From: an uncultured Porphyromonadaceae bacterium
GTDB taxonomy: Bacteria; Bacteroidota; Bacteroidia; Bacteroidales; Coprobacteraceae
NCBI GenBank assembly: GCA_900545915.1
Contig: URAV01000003.1
Span: 8,153 to 72,152, forward strand
DNA: 64,000 bases
Direction of reading: 5' to 3'
Shown in pieces: positions 30,215-40,392 of this stretch (the stretch's first letter is position 1; every line of letters starts with the position of its first letter). Made by a program: the position numbers and the translations under genes. A model generated the notes under the pieces. The model searched no databases and was not told the DNA's origin. It worked only from the letters and a program-made list of their open reading frames with translations.

Positions 30215-31336
30215 ATGATTAATTTCGACGAATATATACGCCAAGGCGAGCCGCAGAAACGGGAGAAGGGTTACGCATGGCAGACTGCTATCGGGTTGCA
30301 GGCTGTCGATGGGCTGAAGCCATCCGATTATCTTATCGAGACCGCTCGTAAGGATATTGAGGGCGAGATTACAATCGACGAAGCCGAACAGCTTATTCGT
30401 AGCTATTATCAATCAAGAATAGCGCATACGCCCGAAGATACGGAAATGCATGAGGCGGATATGGCATCGACCAACATCCGTCGACTTCTTACCGAGAAAA
30501 CTTTTGCTTTTACACTCGTCGGGCTGACATCAATTCATCGTCGTATTTTTGACGGAGTTTTCAAATTTGCGGGGCAAATCCGTGATTACAACATTACCAA
30601 AAAGGAATGGGTGCTACGTGGTGATACGGTGCTGTATGTTTCCGCACCCGACCTTCGCAAAGCGATCGAATACGACTTGGAACAAGAACGCCAGTTCGAC
30701 TATTCAAAAGTGGACAAGAATGGATTAGTGAGCCACATAGCCAAATTCGTATCGGGATTATGGCAAATTCATCCGTTCGGCGAGGGAAATACCCGGACGA
30801 CTGCCGTGTTCACGATTCTCTATCTACGTTCTATGGGTTTTGATGTAACAAACGACTTGTTCGCCAATCATTCGTGGTATTTCCGTAATGCGCTGGTACG
30901 TGCCAACTACCAAAACGTGCAAAAAGGCATCATGCGTAATTCTGAATACCTGGAACGCTTCTTTCGCAATCTGTTATTGGGTGAAAACAATGAGTTGCGG
31001 AATAGATATATGCTGGTTAATGCTCCCGAAGGGCTGACTGCAAAACAAGTCTGGCAAATTGACCGTACAAGTACCGAACAACCTGCCGTACAAGTAACCG
31101 AACAAGTTCGCGCTTTGTTGTTGGCTTTGTCAAACGAACAATTATCGTTAAAAGTATTGATGGAGAAAATAGGCCTGAAACATCGTCCGACATTTTTGGA
31201 GAACTATATAAACCCCGCTTTCGAAGTCGGTTATCTCAAGGTGCTATATCCAGACAGGCCTAATCACCCGAAACAAAAATACCTGCTTACGGCAAAAGGG
31301 CTGGCTCTATATAACGAAATAAAGAAAATGCAATAG
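30215..31336 (+). CDS. Fic/DOC family protein
   Basis: Fic motif HPFGEGNTRTTAVF (HxFx[DE]GN[GT]R). Starts 1 bp after the S-subunit stop; a frequent passenger of R-M loci. Confidence 0.85.
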   Translation: MINFDEYIRQGEPQKREKGYAWQTAIGLQAVDGLKPSDYLIETARKDIEGEITIDEAEQLIRSYYQSRIAHTPEDTEMHEADMASTNIRRLLTEKTFAFTLVGLTSIHRRIFDGVFKFAGQIRDYNITKKEWVLRGDTVLYVSAPDLRKAIEYDLEQERQFDYSKVDKNGLVSHIAKFVSGLWQIHPFGEGNTRTTAVFTILYLRSMGFDVTNDLFANHSWYFRNALVRANYQNVQKGIMRNSEYLERFFRNLLLGENNELRNRYMLVNAPEGLTAKQVWQIDRTSTEQPAVQVTEQVRALLLALSNEQLSLKVLMEKIGLKHRPTFLENYINPAFEVGYLKVLYPDRPNHPKQKYLLTAKGLALYNEIKKMQ

Positions 31337-31747
31337 TCTTGATAATTGCTTCCATTATGAACCTTTCCATCTTCATAGCGATATCCTTTTGTGACATTTT
31401 TATCGGATAGCTTTCGGCGGTTGGAGCTGTTTCTTGCATTGGACGTTTGCCAAAGCCGATTTGATCCGGGTTTGTCCGTTTGCCACGAAATTCATTTCGG
31501 GGGAGCCTAAATACCCCGTCCGACATTCGTCGTCGGGTGGGTTGCCATACAATCTGCAAGCAGAGACGATGAGATTGTCCGATGTCGGGTAGATTATAAA
31601 GTGGCAAACGGATAGGCAGAGTGCTTTTGGCGTATCGGGAAATTTAGCCTATACCTGTTCATGTCGAGCAGGCATCCGACAAGAGGGAGGAAAAAAGAAT
31701 TTGCCCCTTGTAGCGTTGTCTTATCTGGTAAATTTGTTCAAGTACAC

Positions 31748-34261
31748 TTATTCTTCTTTTGTTACATCATTAAAGGAAAGTCCGTATTTTTCACCTAAAA
31801 GGGTTTGATATTCTTTGCAGAAATTATCATATATGCTTTTGGCTATACCCATTTTGTCGTTTCGGCAGAAGATAGAACATTTGATACGTAAAGCTTCTTC
31901 GTTGAAACTGTCATGTTGAAAAATGGAGTCTGCTATTTTTAACCGGAACTTGTCATTGTTCTGGAATTCCTCTTTGTGTAATAATAGATGCAACAAATCG
32001 ATTGTTATATCTGAATAATGGCTTTTGAAACTGTCGAGATAATCGTTTTCTGTATTAGGCAATAACGGCCCGTATAGAAGTAATTCAAGAACTTTATTAA
32101 AAAATTCTTCATCATGTTCTGTTGTTTTGGTTGCTTTGTCTATATAATCTAAAGCGGTATGGTAGTCACAGAATACGTCATCTCCTAAGATTATTTTCCA
32201 AAAATTATTGTCATTGACGATTTGTATGTTGCCGACCTTTTCGAGTAATAAACGTAAGCGGCTGATAGAAACGTTACGGTTATTCCGGGCAGATTTTTCG
32301 CTTTTGTCTCCCCATAAAAGGTCATCCAATTTTTTGCTTGTGATTCCTCTGTTGTCTTTTTCGGTGTTGAGCAGTATTAATAATAGTAGGGATTTCAAAA
32401 TGGGAGTAAATGAAGAGGTCATATTTTCTCCTGTTTTACTTTTTACGTTGAATGAACCCAATAAACAAATACATGCACGATCACGATTGAAATACGATTT
32501 ATCCGGAACGGTAAAGATCGAAGATTCTGTTTCAGGTCTGCCGGTAGAAAATTTATTATCCTTTTTCAGATTTTTGCCGCTTTTCCGTATGAATATACCT
32601 GTTCCTGTCAGCAGTACTATTGCAGGAATCAGATACCAAAGGAAAGAAAGGTCTTGCTTTTCTTTGTCTTGTTGTAAAATTTGAGAATATACCATTGGAG
32701 GATAAGATAACGAGTATATCTGTATTTGAGACGGCTGTCCGTTTTTATAATTTTTCGCATAAAGACAATATAAATGTTGAGAATGGGGAGCATAATATAA
32801 TTGGGAGAATGAAAAGTCTGCACCCGAATCGAAATGTTGTATTTCCGATACAGGAATAATTCCCGGTTCATTTATAGAAATTCTCAGTAATACTCCGCCC
32901 ATATTTCCGGTAATAATATAAAAACAAGATTCATCTTTATTATAAATCATATTGCTGCCCGGAAGGAACTTCTTGTCGAAATTTGACATTTCCCATAGTT
33001 TTTTTGTTTCGAAAGTATTCAGATCGATCGCATATAAATCGGAAAAATCGCGAGGGGATAGTTCCTGATGTCCAGAAGGACATCCTTTGCCTCCAAATAT
33101 ATAAAGCGTATTATCTATGATTGCCGATGCAGGAGAATACCTCGGATATATTTCAGGGATAGTCTTTTCTGTAAATTCTCCTGTTTGAGGGTCGATTTTA
33201 AATAGAGAATTTTTGTATAAGAAAGAACCGTATCCTCCAAAAGTAATAATGGTAGAATCGGGAGCTATGCCCGATGTGTGATGCCAAAATCCGGTTTCTT
33301 TTTCTGTTTTTGAGGTTTGAGTCCATGCCTTATCGGTGAAAGAAAATATCGATATGGTCTGATCATCTAAATTGTAAGATTCCAAACGATTCGTCTTTGT
33401 ATTGAAAATCATTTGATTTGTGCTTGCAGCTGCCGGATATCCGATGATACCTCTGATTGTATCTTGGTGATTTGTAAGAGGATTATAGATGAACATTTCC
33501 TGACCACCGGTCGTAATATAGAACAGTTCTTTCTCCGGGTCGAATGCATACTGCGGGTTTCTTTTAAATTGGTAGCTGTATATATTTTTCCATACTGCAT
33601 GATCATCTGTGAGCCAATGAGGGTTTATGGCTTTTGCCGGACTATGATTGACAAGATCGTAGCACACTCCTTTACCATGCTGGCTTAATTCCCAATGGCG
33701 AAATAACTCTTTTCCGTTGTAAATGCGAATATTTTTTATGTTTATAGGAGCGGCATCCGGGGTATTATAATCCGGATGGTCGCAAGCCCCGAAATAGATA
33801 CGAGTGTTTTTTATCTGGCTGAAATCATAATCATATACTCTTTTTATTGAGTTATAGGATAATTCTATTTTATTTTGTTTGGTTAGGAATGTAATACTGA
33901 CAGGAATCCATCTATTTCGTATTATTGTATCGCTGATAAAGAAACGCTTATTTTTTATCACAATAGCCGGTAGCTTCCTTTGAAGAGTGTCTATGGAAAA
34001 AATAAGGTCTATGTTTTCGTTATTGTTTGTTATGATGCGTGTGGCGAAACCGAATATGATTTCGTCCCGGATATTCATTTCGAATGAAATTTGTTGTTTG
34101 TCTTGTATTTCTATAGGCTTTCCGTTATCTAAAACCAAAGAAGTCCGTTTATCCCCGTCATGCAGATGACTGTTGAAAAATAGTCCTGATGTCAACTCTT
34201 CAGCTGATGCTGATAATATTTGGATAGATATAAGGAAGAAAAGTCCAATTATTTTTTTCAT
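31748..34261 (-). CDS. membrane-anchored one-component regulator: signal peptide + periplasmic Kelch/galactose-oxidase-like beta-propeller + single TM + cytoplasmic SARP-type (OmpR-like wHTH + BTAD) domain
   Basis: Kelch-like repeats (TLYIFGGKG, IITFGGYG); TM LWYLIPAIVLLTGTGIFI followed by RKSGKNLKKDNK; C-terminus LDDLLWGDKSEKSARNNRNVSISRLRLLL aligns with the SARP/DnrI signature LIDDLWGD...VSRLRKAL. Confidence 0.55.
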   Translation of the reverse strand: MKKIIGLFFLISIQILSASAEELTSGLFFNSHLHDGDKRTSLVLDNGKPIEIQDKQQISFEMNIRDEIIFGFATRIITNNNENIDLIFSIDTLQRKLPAIVIKNKRFFISDTIIRNRWIPVSITFLTKQNKIELSYNSIKRVYDYDFSQIKNTRIYFGACDHPDYNTPDAAPINIKNIRIYNGKELFRHWELSQHGKGVCYDLVNHSPAKAINPHWLTDDHAVWKNIYSYQFKRNPQYAFDPEKELFYITTGGQEMFIYNPLTNHQDTIRGIIGYPAAASTNQMIFNTKTNRLESYNLDDQTISIFSFTDKAWTQTSKTEKETGFWHHTSGIAPDSTIITFGGYGSFLYKNSLFKIDPQTGEFTEKTIPEIYPRYSPASAIIDNTLYIFGGKGCPSGHQELSPRDFSDLYAIDLNTFETKKLWEMSNFDKKFLPGSNMIYNKDESCFYIITGNMGGVLLRISINEPGIIPVSEIQHFDSGADFSFSQLYYAPHSQHLYCLYAKNYKNGQPSQIQIYSLSYPPMVYSQILQQDKEKQDLSFLWYLIPAIVLLTGTGIFIRKSGKNLKKDNKFSTGRPETESSIFTVPDKSYFNRDRACICLLGSFNVKSKTGENMTSSFTPILKSLLLLILLNTEKDNRGITSKKLDDLLWGDKSEKSARNNRNVSISRLRLLLEKVGNIQIVNDNNFWKIILGDDVFCDYHTALDYIDKATKTTEHDEEFFNKVLELLLYGPLLPNTENDYLDSFKSHYSDITIDLLHLLLHKEEFQNNDKFRLKIADSIFQHDSFNEEALRIKCSIFCRNDKMGIAKSIYDNFCKEYQTLLGEKYGLSFNDVTKEE

Positions 34262-34365
34262 GATGTTCTAAGTCGTGAGAACGTGATGATTATAAGTCTT
34301 AATATGCAAAGGAATAAAAAAAATGAGAATCTTGAAAATTACATGATGAAAAATTCGCTTGTTTT

Positions 34366-34543
34366 TAAGAGTCTCTTTGAATTTTCCAATAAGGAAAATA
34401 TTATCAGATCATCTTAGCGTTTTTTTCGGTCTTTTTTCCCGTTTTCCCTTGTCGGACAGCCCGCTATCCTCCTCGTGAAAAAGAAAAACATCCACGAAAG
34501 AAAATCTCAAACCTGACCCGAGTAAAATTGAGACAGGCTTTAA
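34366..34543 (+). repeat. MITE-like dispersed repeat, copy C
   Basis: Near-identical to copy A (TTAAGAGTCTCTTTGAATTTTCCAATAAGGAAAATATTATCAGATCATCTTAGCG...GAGTAAAATTGAGACAGGCTTTAAG). Confidence 0.8.
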
Positions 34544-34792
34544 GTTTTTGTCTGGTTTTGAGTGAATTTTTTATTTTTCGAATTTATGATCCTGTTTGTC
34601 GTATTCTCAATGCTTAAATTTTTCGGAATCGAATCTTTTGGTTTATGTTTTTTTTAATCTGTATTTAATCGGTATGTTTTTATTTCTTTAATATAGAATC
34701 GTGATCTTTGTAAATGTAATTTTTTGAGATTACAAATTAATATTATTTTTGCATATTCTGAATTTTAATCATCAACATAAACACTATCATAC

Positions 34793-37000
34793 ATGAAAAA
34801 TCAAATTTTTTATTGCGTTTTATTTCTCTTAGGAGTTTTTTGTACCTATACAGGAAAAGCTCAAAATACTTTTCCGTTTCAAAATCCTGATCTCTCTTTC
34901 GAAAAAAGAGTAGATGATTTGGTCTCTCGGTTGACATTGGAAGAAAAGATTTCACAGATGTTGAATAAAGCTCCGGCTATCGAGCGGTTAGGCATTCCGG
35001 CATACGATTGGTGGAATGAGTGTTTACATGGGGTTGGACGTACTCCCTATAAGGTAACGGTATTTCCACAGGCCATAGGAATGGCTGCTACGTGGGATGA
35101 GGCTTTATTTCAACAGGTTGCGTCATCTATTGCCGATGAGGGACGTGCCATATATCATGATGCTATATCAAAGGGTGTTCATGAAATTTATCATGGATTG
35201 ACTTATTGGACTCCGAACATTAATATTTTTCGAGATCCGCGTTGGGGAAGGGGACAGGAAACTTACGGAGAAGATCCCTATTTAACCGGAACTTTGGGAA
35301 AAGCTTTCGTAAACGGTTTGCAGGGTGATGATCCTAAATATTTAAAAGCATCGGCGTGTGCGAAACATTATGCAGTGCATAGTGGCCCGGAAATTTCCCG
35401 GCATTTTTTCAATACAGAAGTGAGTATGTATGATTTGTGGGATACATATTTACCTGCTTTCAGGGATTTGGTCGTTGACGCGAAAGTTTCGAGTGTAATG
35501 TGTGCCTACAACGCTTTGGCTGGTCAGCCGTGTTGTGGAAATGATCTTTTGATGCAGGATATTTTGAGAAAACAATGGAAGTTTACCGGTTATGTGACGT
35601 CTGATTGCGGAGCTATTGATGATTTCTTAAAACATAAAACTCATGCCGACGCTGCTCATGCTTCGGCTGATGCCGTATTGCATGGAACTGATCTTGAATG
35701 TGGGCAGAATATATATATAAAGTTGGTTGATGCCGTGAAACAAGGTCTTATTACCGAAGCTCAGATCGATGAATCTGTAAAGCGTCTTTTTATGACTCGT
35801 TTCCGTTTGGGACTTTTTGATCCTGCAGATCGTGTAAAATATGCCGATACTCCGTTGTCTGTTCTTGAATGTGACAAACACAAGGCATTAGCTTTGAAAA
35901 TGTCCAAAGAATCGGTTGTTTTGTTGAAAAATGATAATGTATTGCCTTTACGTAAAAATTTAAAAAAGATTGCGGTTATAGGTCCGAATGCAGATGATTC
36001 CACTGTTGTATTGGGAAATTATAATGGTTTCCCGTCTAAGGTTATTACTCCATTGGAGGCAATACGTTCGAAAGTCGGAAAACGTACGCAAGTTATTTAT
36101 GATAGAGCGATAGATTGCGTGAAGCCTTCGGATGAAAAAACTGTAAACGCTTTGATAAAACGTTTACAGGGTGTGGATCAAGTGATTTTTATCGGAGGAA
36201 TATCCCCTCGTCTTGAAGGAGAGGAATTACCGATATCGGTCGAGGGATTTCGGGGAGGAGACCGTACGACAATTGCTTTACCTGAAGTACAGACCGAATT
36301 GATGAAAAAAATGAGGGAAGCGGGATTACCGATTGTTTTTGTGATGATGACGGGTAGTGCTTTAGGTATAGAATGGGAATCGCAGAATATTCCTGCTATC
36401 CTGAATGCATGGTATGGTGGTCAATTTGCAGGGCAGGCAATTGCCGATGTATTATTCGGCGATTATAATCCGTCTGGTAAATTACCTGTTACGTTTTATC
36501 GTTCGGATAGTGATTTGCCACCTTTCGGTGCATTTTCTATGGTAAATAGAACTTATCGCTATTTCAAAGGTGAAGCGTTATATCCGTTTGGATTTGGATT
36601 AAGTTATACGATGTTCGATTATTCTGCACCGCAAATCGTATCTGGAGGAAAAGTCGGTGAATCGATTAAGGTTTTGGTAAAAGTAAAAAATATTGGGCAG
36701 AAAGATGGGGATGAAGTTGTTCAGTTATATCTTTCTCATGAAGGTATGGAAAAAGCTCCAATTACGGCGTTGAAAGGATTTAAGCGAGTTTATTTGAAAG
36801 CCGGAGAAGAAAAAACTCTTTCTTTTGAAATTTCTCCTAAGGATATGTCTTTGCCGGATGAGAATGGAGTTATAACTATATTCCCGGGTAAGAAAACAAT
36901 ATATGCAGGGGGAGTGTCGCCTACTTCTGAAGCCAAGTCGAAAGGGTTGGTAAAAAGTACAGTATGTCAGGTTACAGGAGATGCCTATGTAATAAAATGA
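34793..37000 (+). CDS. glycoside hydrolase family 3 (beta-glucosidase/beta-xylosidase type)
   Basis: Signal peptide; GH3 N-terminal domain (KHYAVHSGPE, GYVTSDCGAI), C-terminal domain and fibronectin-like tail; 735 aa. Confidence 0.85.
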   Translation: MKNQIFYCVLFLLGVFCTYTGKAQNTFPFQNPDLSFEKRVDDLVSRLTLEEKISQMLNKAPAIERLGIPAYDWWNECLHGVGRTPYKVTVFPQAIGMAATWDEALFQQVASSIADEGRAIYHDAISKGVHEIYHGLTYWTPNINIFRDPRWGRGQETYGEDPYLTGTLGKAFVNGLQGDDPKYLKASACAKHYAVHSGPEISRHFFNTEVSMYDLWDTYLPAFRDLVVDAKVSSVMCAYNALAGQPCCGNDLLMQDILRKQWKFTGYVTSDCGAIDDFLKHKTHADAAHASADAVLHGTDLECGQNIYIKLVDAVKQGLITEAQIDESVKRLFMTRFRLGLFDPADRVKYADTPLSVLECDKHKALALKMSKESVVLLKNDNVLPLRKNLKKIAVIGPNADDSTVVLGNYNGFPSKVITPLEAIRSKVGKRTQVIYDRAIDCVKPSDEKTVNALIKRLQGVDQVIFIGGISPRLEGEELPISVEGFRGGDRTTIALPEVQTELMKKMREAGLPIVFVMMTGSALGIEWESQNIPAILNAWYGGQFAGQAIADVLFGDYNPSGKLPVTFYRSDSDLPPFGAFSMVNRTYRYFKGEALYPFGFGLSYTMFDYSAPQIVSGGKVGESIKVLVKVKNIGQKDGDEVVQLYLSHEGMEKAPITALKGFKRVYLKAGEEKTLSFEISPKDMSLPDENGVITIFPGKKTIYAGGVSPTSEAKSKGLVKSTVCQVTGDAYVIK

Positions 37001-37033
37001 TTTGGTTTTAGAAATATATTTGTAACAGATTTT

Positions 37034-37065
37034 AAGGCGGTCGTTTTGACCGCCTTATTTTTTTG
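37034..37065 (+). terminator. rho-independent terminator (AAGGCGGTC GTTT TGACCGCCTT + T9)
   Basis: Read directly, 34 bp after the GH3 stop. Confidence 0.7.
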
Positions 37066-37092
37066 TCACTTCCTGCAACTTTAGGAGCTGTT

Positions 37093-37273
37093 TAAGAGCC
37101 TGCCTGAATTTTGTTCAGGTCTGGATTAGAGTTTTTTTCGAGGATATTTTATTGCTTTTACGAGGAATATCGCGGGCTATCTGACGAGAGAAAGCGGGAA
37201 AACAGGCTTGAAGAAAACGTGACAATGATTTGATAATATTTTTTTTGATTGAAAGATTTAAACAGGTTCTAAA
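37093..37273 (-). repeat. MITE-like dispersed repeat, copy D (reverse orientation)
   Basis: TTTAAGAGCCTGCCTGAATTTTGTTCAGGTCTGGATTAGAG...GATTGAAAGATTTAAACAGGTTCTAAA; homologous to copy B. Confidence 0.75.
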
Positions 37274-38012
37274 TAGGTAGTACTGCTACTATGTTTTTTC
37301 TCTCTTGATTATTTAGTTAAAAACAAATATTTGTCTATTGTATGCTTGCTAACAGTGAAATGAGATTATATCAGAAATAAAATTCTTAATGTGCAGATAT
37401 ACTGTGGAGAAGATATGGGTAAATATTTTTTTAGCGTTTGGATAGAAAAATGATTATATAAATCATGTGAAAGCTTCCTGTTAAAATGATATTGGATGAA
37501 TTGTGATTATAGATTTATTCCTTTCTTTGTCTTATTCCATTAATAGTTTTGTAATATATAGGAATGCCGATAAGTATTTTAAAAATGAATCATTCGATAG
37601 ATGATTATTTGAGATATTGAATAGTTTTATTCTTGATGTAAAAAATCTTATATGCTTATTATTGAGATATTGATTTATTTGTATTTTAATCGATTATGAT
37701 AAAATTAATTCATATTTATCGTATATTTTAATTGTTTGGATAGCTTTGAATTTGAATTGAGGTTCTGAAAATAATTCTATCTTTTTCTTTGTTTAATTAT
37801 TTTTTAATCGCTAATTAATATGAAATAAAGAGGTGAATTAATACTCTAAATATACTTTTGTTTTAGAAATGATAGGCGATATGAAACTCGCTGAAGATTT
37901 ACATTGTCGGTTTTGAATTTGAAAAATGTAATAGTTTTTTAATAATAAAAGAATTGATCTTAAATCATCAATATAAATTAATAACTAATTGTAGAATTAA
38001 AACTTAATTATC

Positions 38013-40160
38013 ATGAGAAATGTAAGTACTCTGAAAAGGATGGCGCTTGCTGTTTTGTTTGCAGGTCTTTTTACTTCATCTTATGCTGATGCCAAGAAGT
38101 ATTATTTGTCACCCGAAGGTAGTGATGATAATGACGGATTGACAGAAGCTACAGCTAAGGCCTCAGTATGTGGTATAATCACTGAAATTTATAAAAGTCC
38201 GACTTTAGCTCAGGATACAATGGGACACACCCCTGTGGAAATTTACGTAAACGGAATTATCGATATTACTAAAGAACCTTCAAAATCCGGAGGTTGGAGA
38301 GATGTTATCGGTAATGCGGGAGATTACGCTACCGGTTATCCCGAATTGTTAAAAGGTCCTGATGGCGTGGAGCGTGAATATCGCACATGGAATGCAAACG
38401 GTGGAGATATGGGCGTATTATTTTTGGATGTACCGATGACATTCATCGGGAAAGATACTGTGACTTGTGGGTTTACCGGAAGTGATAGAAGTCGTATATT
38501 CCGGATTGACGGAGGTTTAACCGGTGGAAAACATACTTTTAAAAACCTGCGTTTTACGAATGGTAAAGGGGCTAGTGATACAGGAGGTGCTTGCTACATA
38601 AGAAGTATAAGTGTCGATTTTGAAAATTGTCTTTTTACGGGAAATAAAGTGTTGACTCGCGGAAATGATAATAGTAATCAGGGGGGAGCTATGGTGATTA
38701 TTGCGGCAAACATCAATATGGATAATTGTGAGTTCCGTTATAATTTTGGTGGTCTCGGCGGTGCTGTTGCTTGGCAAGGCGGTGGTGCTGTTAATATTAC
38801 AAATACACTCTTTTATGCTAATAATGCTACTTGGGTGCCGGATGATGCAGGAGGCGGTATTTGGGGAATTCCCGATGGTTATGGCGCAGCGAATAAAGGC
38901 GGTGCAATAGGTATTTCTTTAAGCAATGGGAAGAATAATAAATTGCATGTGAAAAATTGTCGTATGGTCCATAACGGAGCTAATGATTCCGGTGGTGCTA
39001 TTTATTTTGAAGAAACAGGAGCTGCCAATAATGGAGCGGAGACTCCTATCACGTTTGAAAATTGTGTTATAGCAGATAATTTTGCGATGTCGAGTTGGAA
39101 TGGAAATGGAAATGCCGATGGTGGAAAGGGCGGTGGAGCTATTTATATGCACAATGCTGTTTCTAATATACAAGGATTTTTTGTAAAGTTTAATCTGGTG
39201 AATACGACGATTCTTTATAACTATGCACAAGGTGCAGGAGGTGCTATTCTTTGTAAATATGGTCGGTCGACTAATGAGTTGAATATTATAAATTGTACGA
39301 TAACCGAGAATATGAGCGGAGCTCTTAACGGTAATGGATATGATGCCGCGGGGATACGCACTCTGGATGCAGACGGAGACTTGTCGCCTCAAGCAATGAG
39401 AAAGAGAATTTGGAATAGCATAATTGAGAACAATCACGCATCGAATCCAGTGCAACTTAATGATGGACGTCCCGATCTTTATTATGGAGATGTTAATTTC
39501 CAGAATTCAAAAAATAAAGATGTTGTAGCCAATTTGGATTTGAGACGTTCATGGTTGGGGCGCATCTCTTTCGGCGGTCAATATGCGTTAGTAGGAACTT
39601 CTGCTGATGCGGCTATTGCTACAGAAGAAGAATTGGCTAAGTTGAAAGAAGAAAATCGCTGGAACTATTCCTCTAATGGAGAGCTTAAAGCAGGATTTTC
39701 ACTTTGGGATAATTTTGACTATTATATTGATGAAGGATATCTGTTTTTACCTTCCGATAATGAAGGTTTGACTTTTGGAGAAGCTCGTTTATTACAACCT
39801 TTTTCACAAACAGACGGACGAGACCTGTACCGTAAATTTACAGATGGAAAATGTGCAATTGGAGCTATCGAACAAGATTCGGAAGTATATCCTTTGGCTG
39901 TAGATAAAAGTATTGTATCCGGTTCTGACTTGAATATATATTATGCAGATGGAAATATTCATATTAATGGTATTTCTGAATCATCGCTTGTTAAGGTCAA
40001 TATATATGATATGTCTTCTCAATTGTTATCTTCCTCTACTAAATCTATAGAAGCGGGAGTCTTTGTTCAAGAAGTTCCGGTAAACTTGTCTTCTGGTATT
40101 TATGCGGTACAGGTTATTGTAGGAAATCAAGTAAAAAGTATTTTAGTTAGTGTAAAATAG
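38013..40160 (+). CDS. secreted right-handed parallel beta-helix (Pmp/pectate-lyase-like) repeat protein with T9SS C-terminal sorting domain
   Basis: Signal peptide; many GGA[IV] beta-helix repeats (GGAIYFEETGAANNG, GGGAIYMHN); C-terminal about 80 aa beta-sandwich ending ...GIYAVQVIVGNQVKSILVSVK, typical of a T9SS CTD. Confidence 0.7.
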   Translation: MRNVSTLKRMALAVLFAGLFTSSYADAKKYYLSPEGSDDNDGLTEATAKASVCGIITEIYKSPTLAQDTMGHTPVEIYVNGIIDITKEPSKSGGWRDVIGNAGDYATGYPELLKGPDGVEREYRTWNANGGDMGVLFLDVPMTFIGKDTVTCGFTGSDRSRIFRIDGGLTGGKHTFKNLRFTNGKGASDTGGACYIRSISVDFENCLFTGNKVLTRGNDNSNQGGAMVIIAANINMDNCEFRYNFGGLGGAVAWQGGGAVNITNTLFYANNATWVPDDAGGGIWGIPDGYGAANKGGAIGISLSNGKNNKLHVKNCRMVHNGANDSGGAIYFEETGAANNGAETPITFENCVIADNFAMSSWNGNGNADGGKGGGAIYMHNAVSNIQGFFVKFNLVNTTILYNYAQGAGGAILCKYGRSTNELNIINCTITENMSGALNGNGYDAAGIRTLDADGDLSPQAMRKRIWNSIIENNHASNPVQLNDGRPDLYYGDVNFQNSKNKDVVANLDLRRSWLGRISFGGQYALVGTSADAAIATEEELAKLKEENRWNYSSNGELKAGFSLWDNFDYYIDEGYLFLPSDNEGLTFGEARLLQPFSQTDGRDLYRKFTDGKCAIGAIEQDSEVYPLAVDKSIVSGSDLNIYYADGNIHINGISESSLVKVNIYDMSSQLLSSSTKSIEAGVFVQEVPVNLSSGIYAVQVIVGNQVKSILVSVK

Positions 40161-40392
40161 TTAGTGAGTGCTGGAAAATAGGAGTGTCTGGAAATTTAAA
40201 CAGACACTTTTATTTTCTAATTTTAAGATTTTCTTAATGACATGGAAGTCAGATTTTGTAAAAATAATAGATTTTGTTATATCTGAGATTTTTAAGAAAA
40301 TCCCTGTTGAACTTATGTTTTTTAATCTTTGTTATGCTGAAATTTTTTTGGCAAAGAGATATACACACATTTATTAAATTTATTTTATAATT

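Noticed and set aside
31287-31607. 106-aa minus-strand ORF in the GC-rich spacer after the Fic gene
   Set aside because: No recognisable motif and no ribosome-binding context. Composition differs from neighbours and it may be a pseudogene remnant. Not called as a CDS.
38517-39455. Minus-strand ORFs (86 and 178 aa) inside the beta-helix gene
   Set aside because: Antisense to a repeat-rich CDS; Ile/Ser-rich low-complexity translations typical of shadow frames.
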